From Oscillospiraceae bacterium (GTDB lineage Bacteria > Bacillota > Clostridia > Oscillospirales > Ruminococcaceae), in the NCBI GenBank assembly GCA_017547705.1, contig JAFYOZ010000104.1, positions 1 through 44,408 of the forward strand: a stretch of 44,408 nt of DNA, written 5' to 3'. Positions 43,082 to 44,408 of the stretch are shown piece by piece. Both the position numbers and the translations under genes were made by a program. Position 1 is the stretch's first letter. The number at the start of each line of letters is the position of its first letter. Below the pieces are notes generated by a model that saw only the letters and a program-made list of their open reading frames with translations, was not told the origin of the DNA and ran no database searches.

Positions 43082-44408
<1,327 letters not shown>

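Overview
Chromosomal window from a Firmicutes, Clostridia-type genome. This is inferred from gene content, GGAGG Shine-Dalgarno sites, TTGACA-17-TATAAT promoters, a T-box leader, type-Z S14 and Cys-containing L24. Almost everything is on the minus strand.

Gene layout:
- 20-8546: a complete S10-spc ribosomal protein block, rpsJ to rpsE, 19 genes. Its roughly 1 kb upstream non-coding region (8547-9605) holds two consensus promoters, a long structured leader and an array of short GC-rich hairpins.
- 9606-11708: an orphan, apparently highly expressed, sortase-type surface protein gene, and a small DUF559 endonuclease gene bracketed by inverted composite hairpin repeats.
- 11711-14930: rqcP(yabO)-hup-mazG-MOP flippase.
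- 15018-17671: mtaD-punA plus a small acidic protein.
- 17745-25456: a packed recJ-relA-dtd-MBL-hemZ-kinase operon.
- 25622-26935: an acidic membrane protein.
- 27154-31770: a plus-strand island carrying a DUF1624-SLOG-ComEC-like MBL-DUF3006 operon and an OmpR/HK two-component pair.
- 31813-36199: folC and valS, with the valS T-box leader.
- 36326-42916: a GNAT gene, an anion permease, two tandem PrsA-like parvulins and a beta-helix lipoprotein.
- 43082-44408: the 3' two-thirds of atpD, running off the window end.

No rRNA, tRNA, CRISPR, transposase, integrase or recognisable defence operon was seen. I found no convincing large novel system.

Best leads:
1. The DUF559 gene packaged between inverted REP-like units, with gene-less copies of the same unit elsewhere in the window.
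2. An abrupt synonymous-codon switch inside atpD, pointing to a mosaic gene or a chimeric assembly.
3. The four-gene DUF1624/SLOG/ComEC-MBL/DUF3006 operon.
4. The long S10 leader with a candidate attenuator.

All product calls rest on motif and family recall and on synteny. No searches were run.
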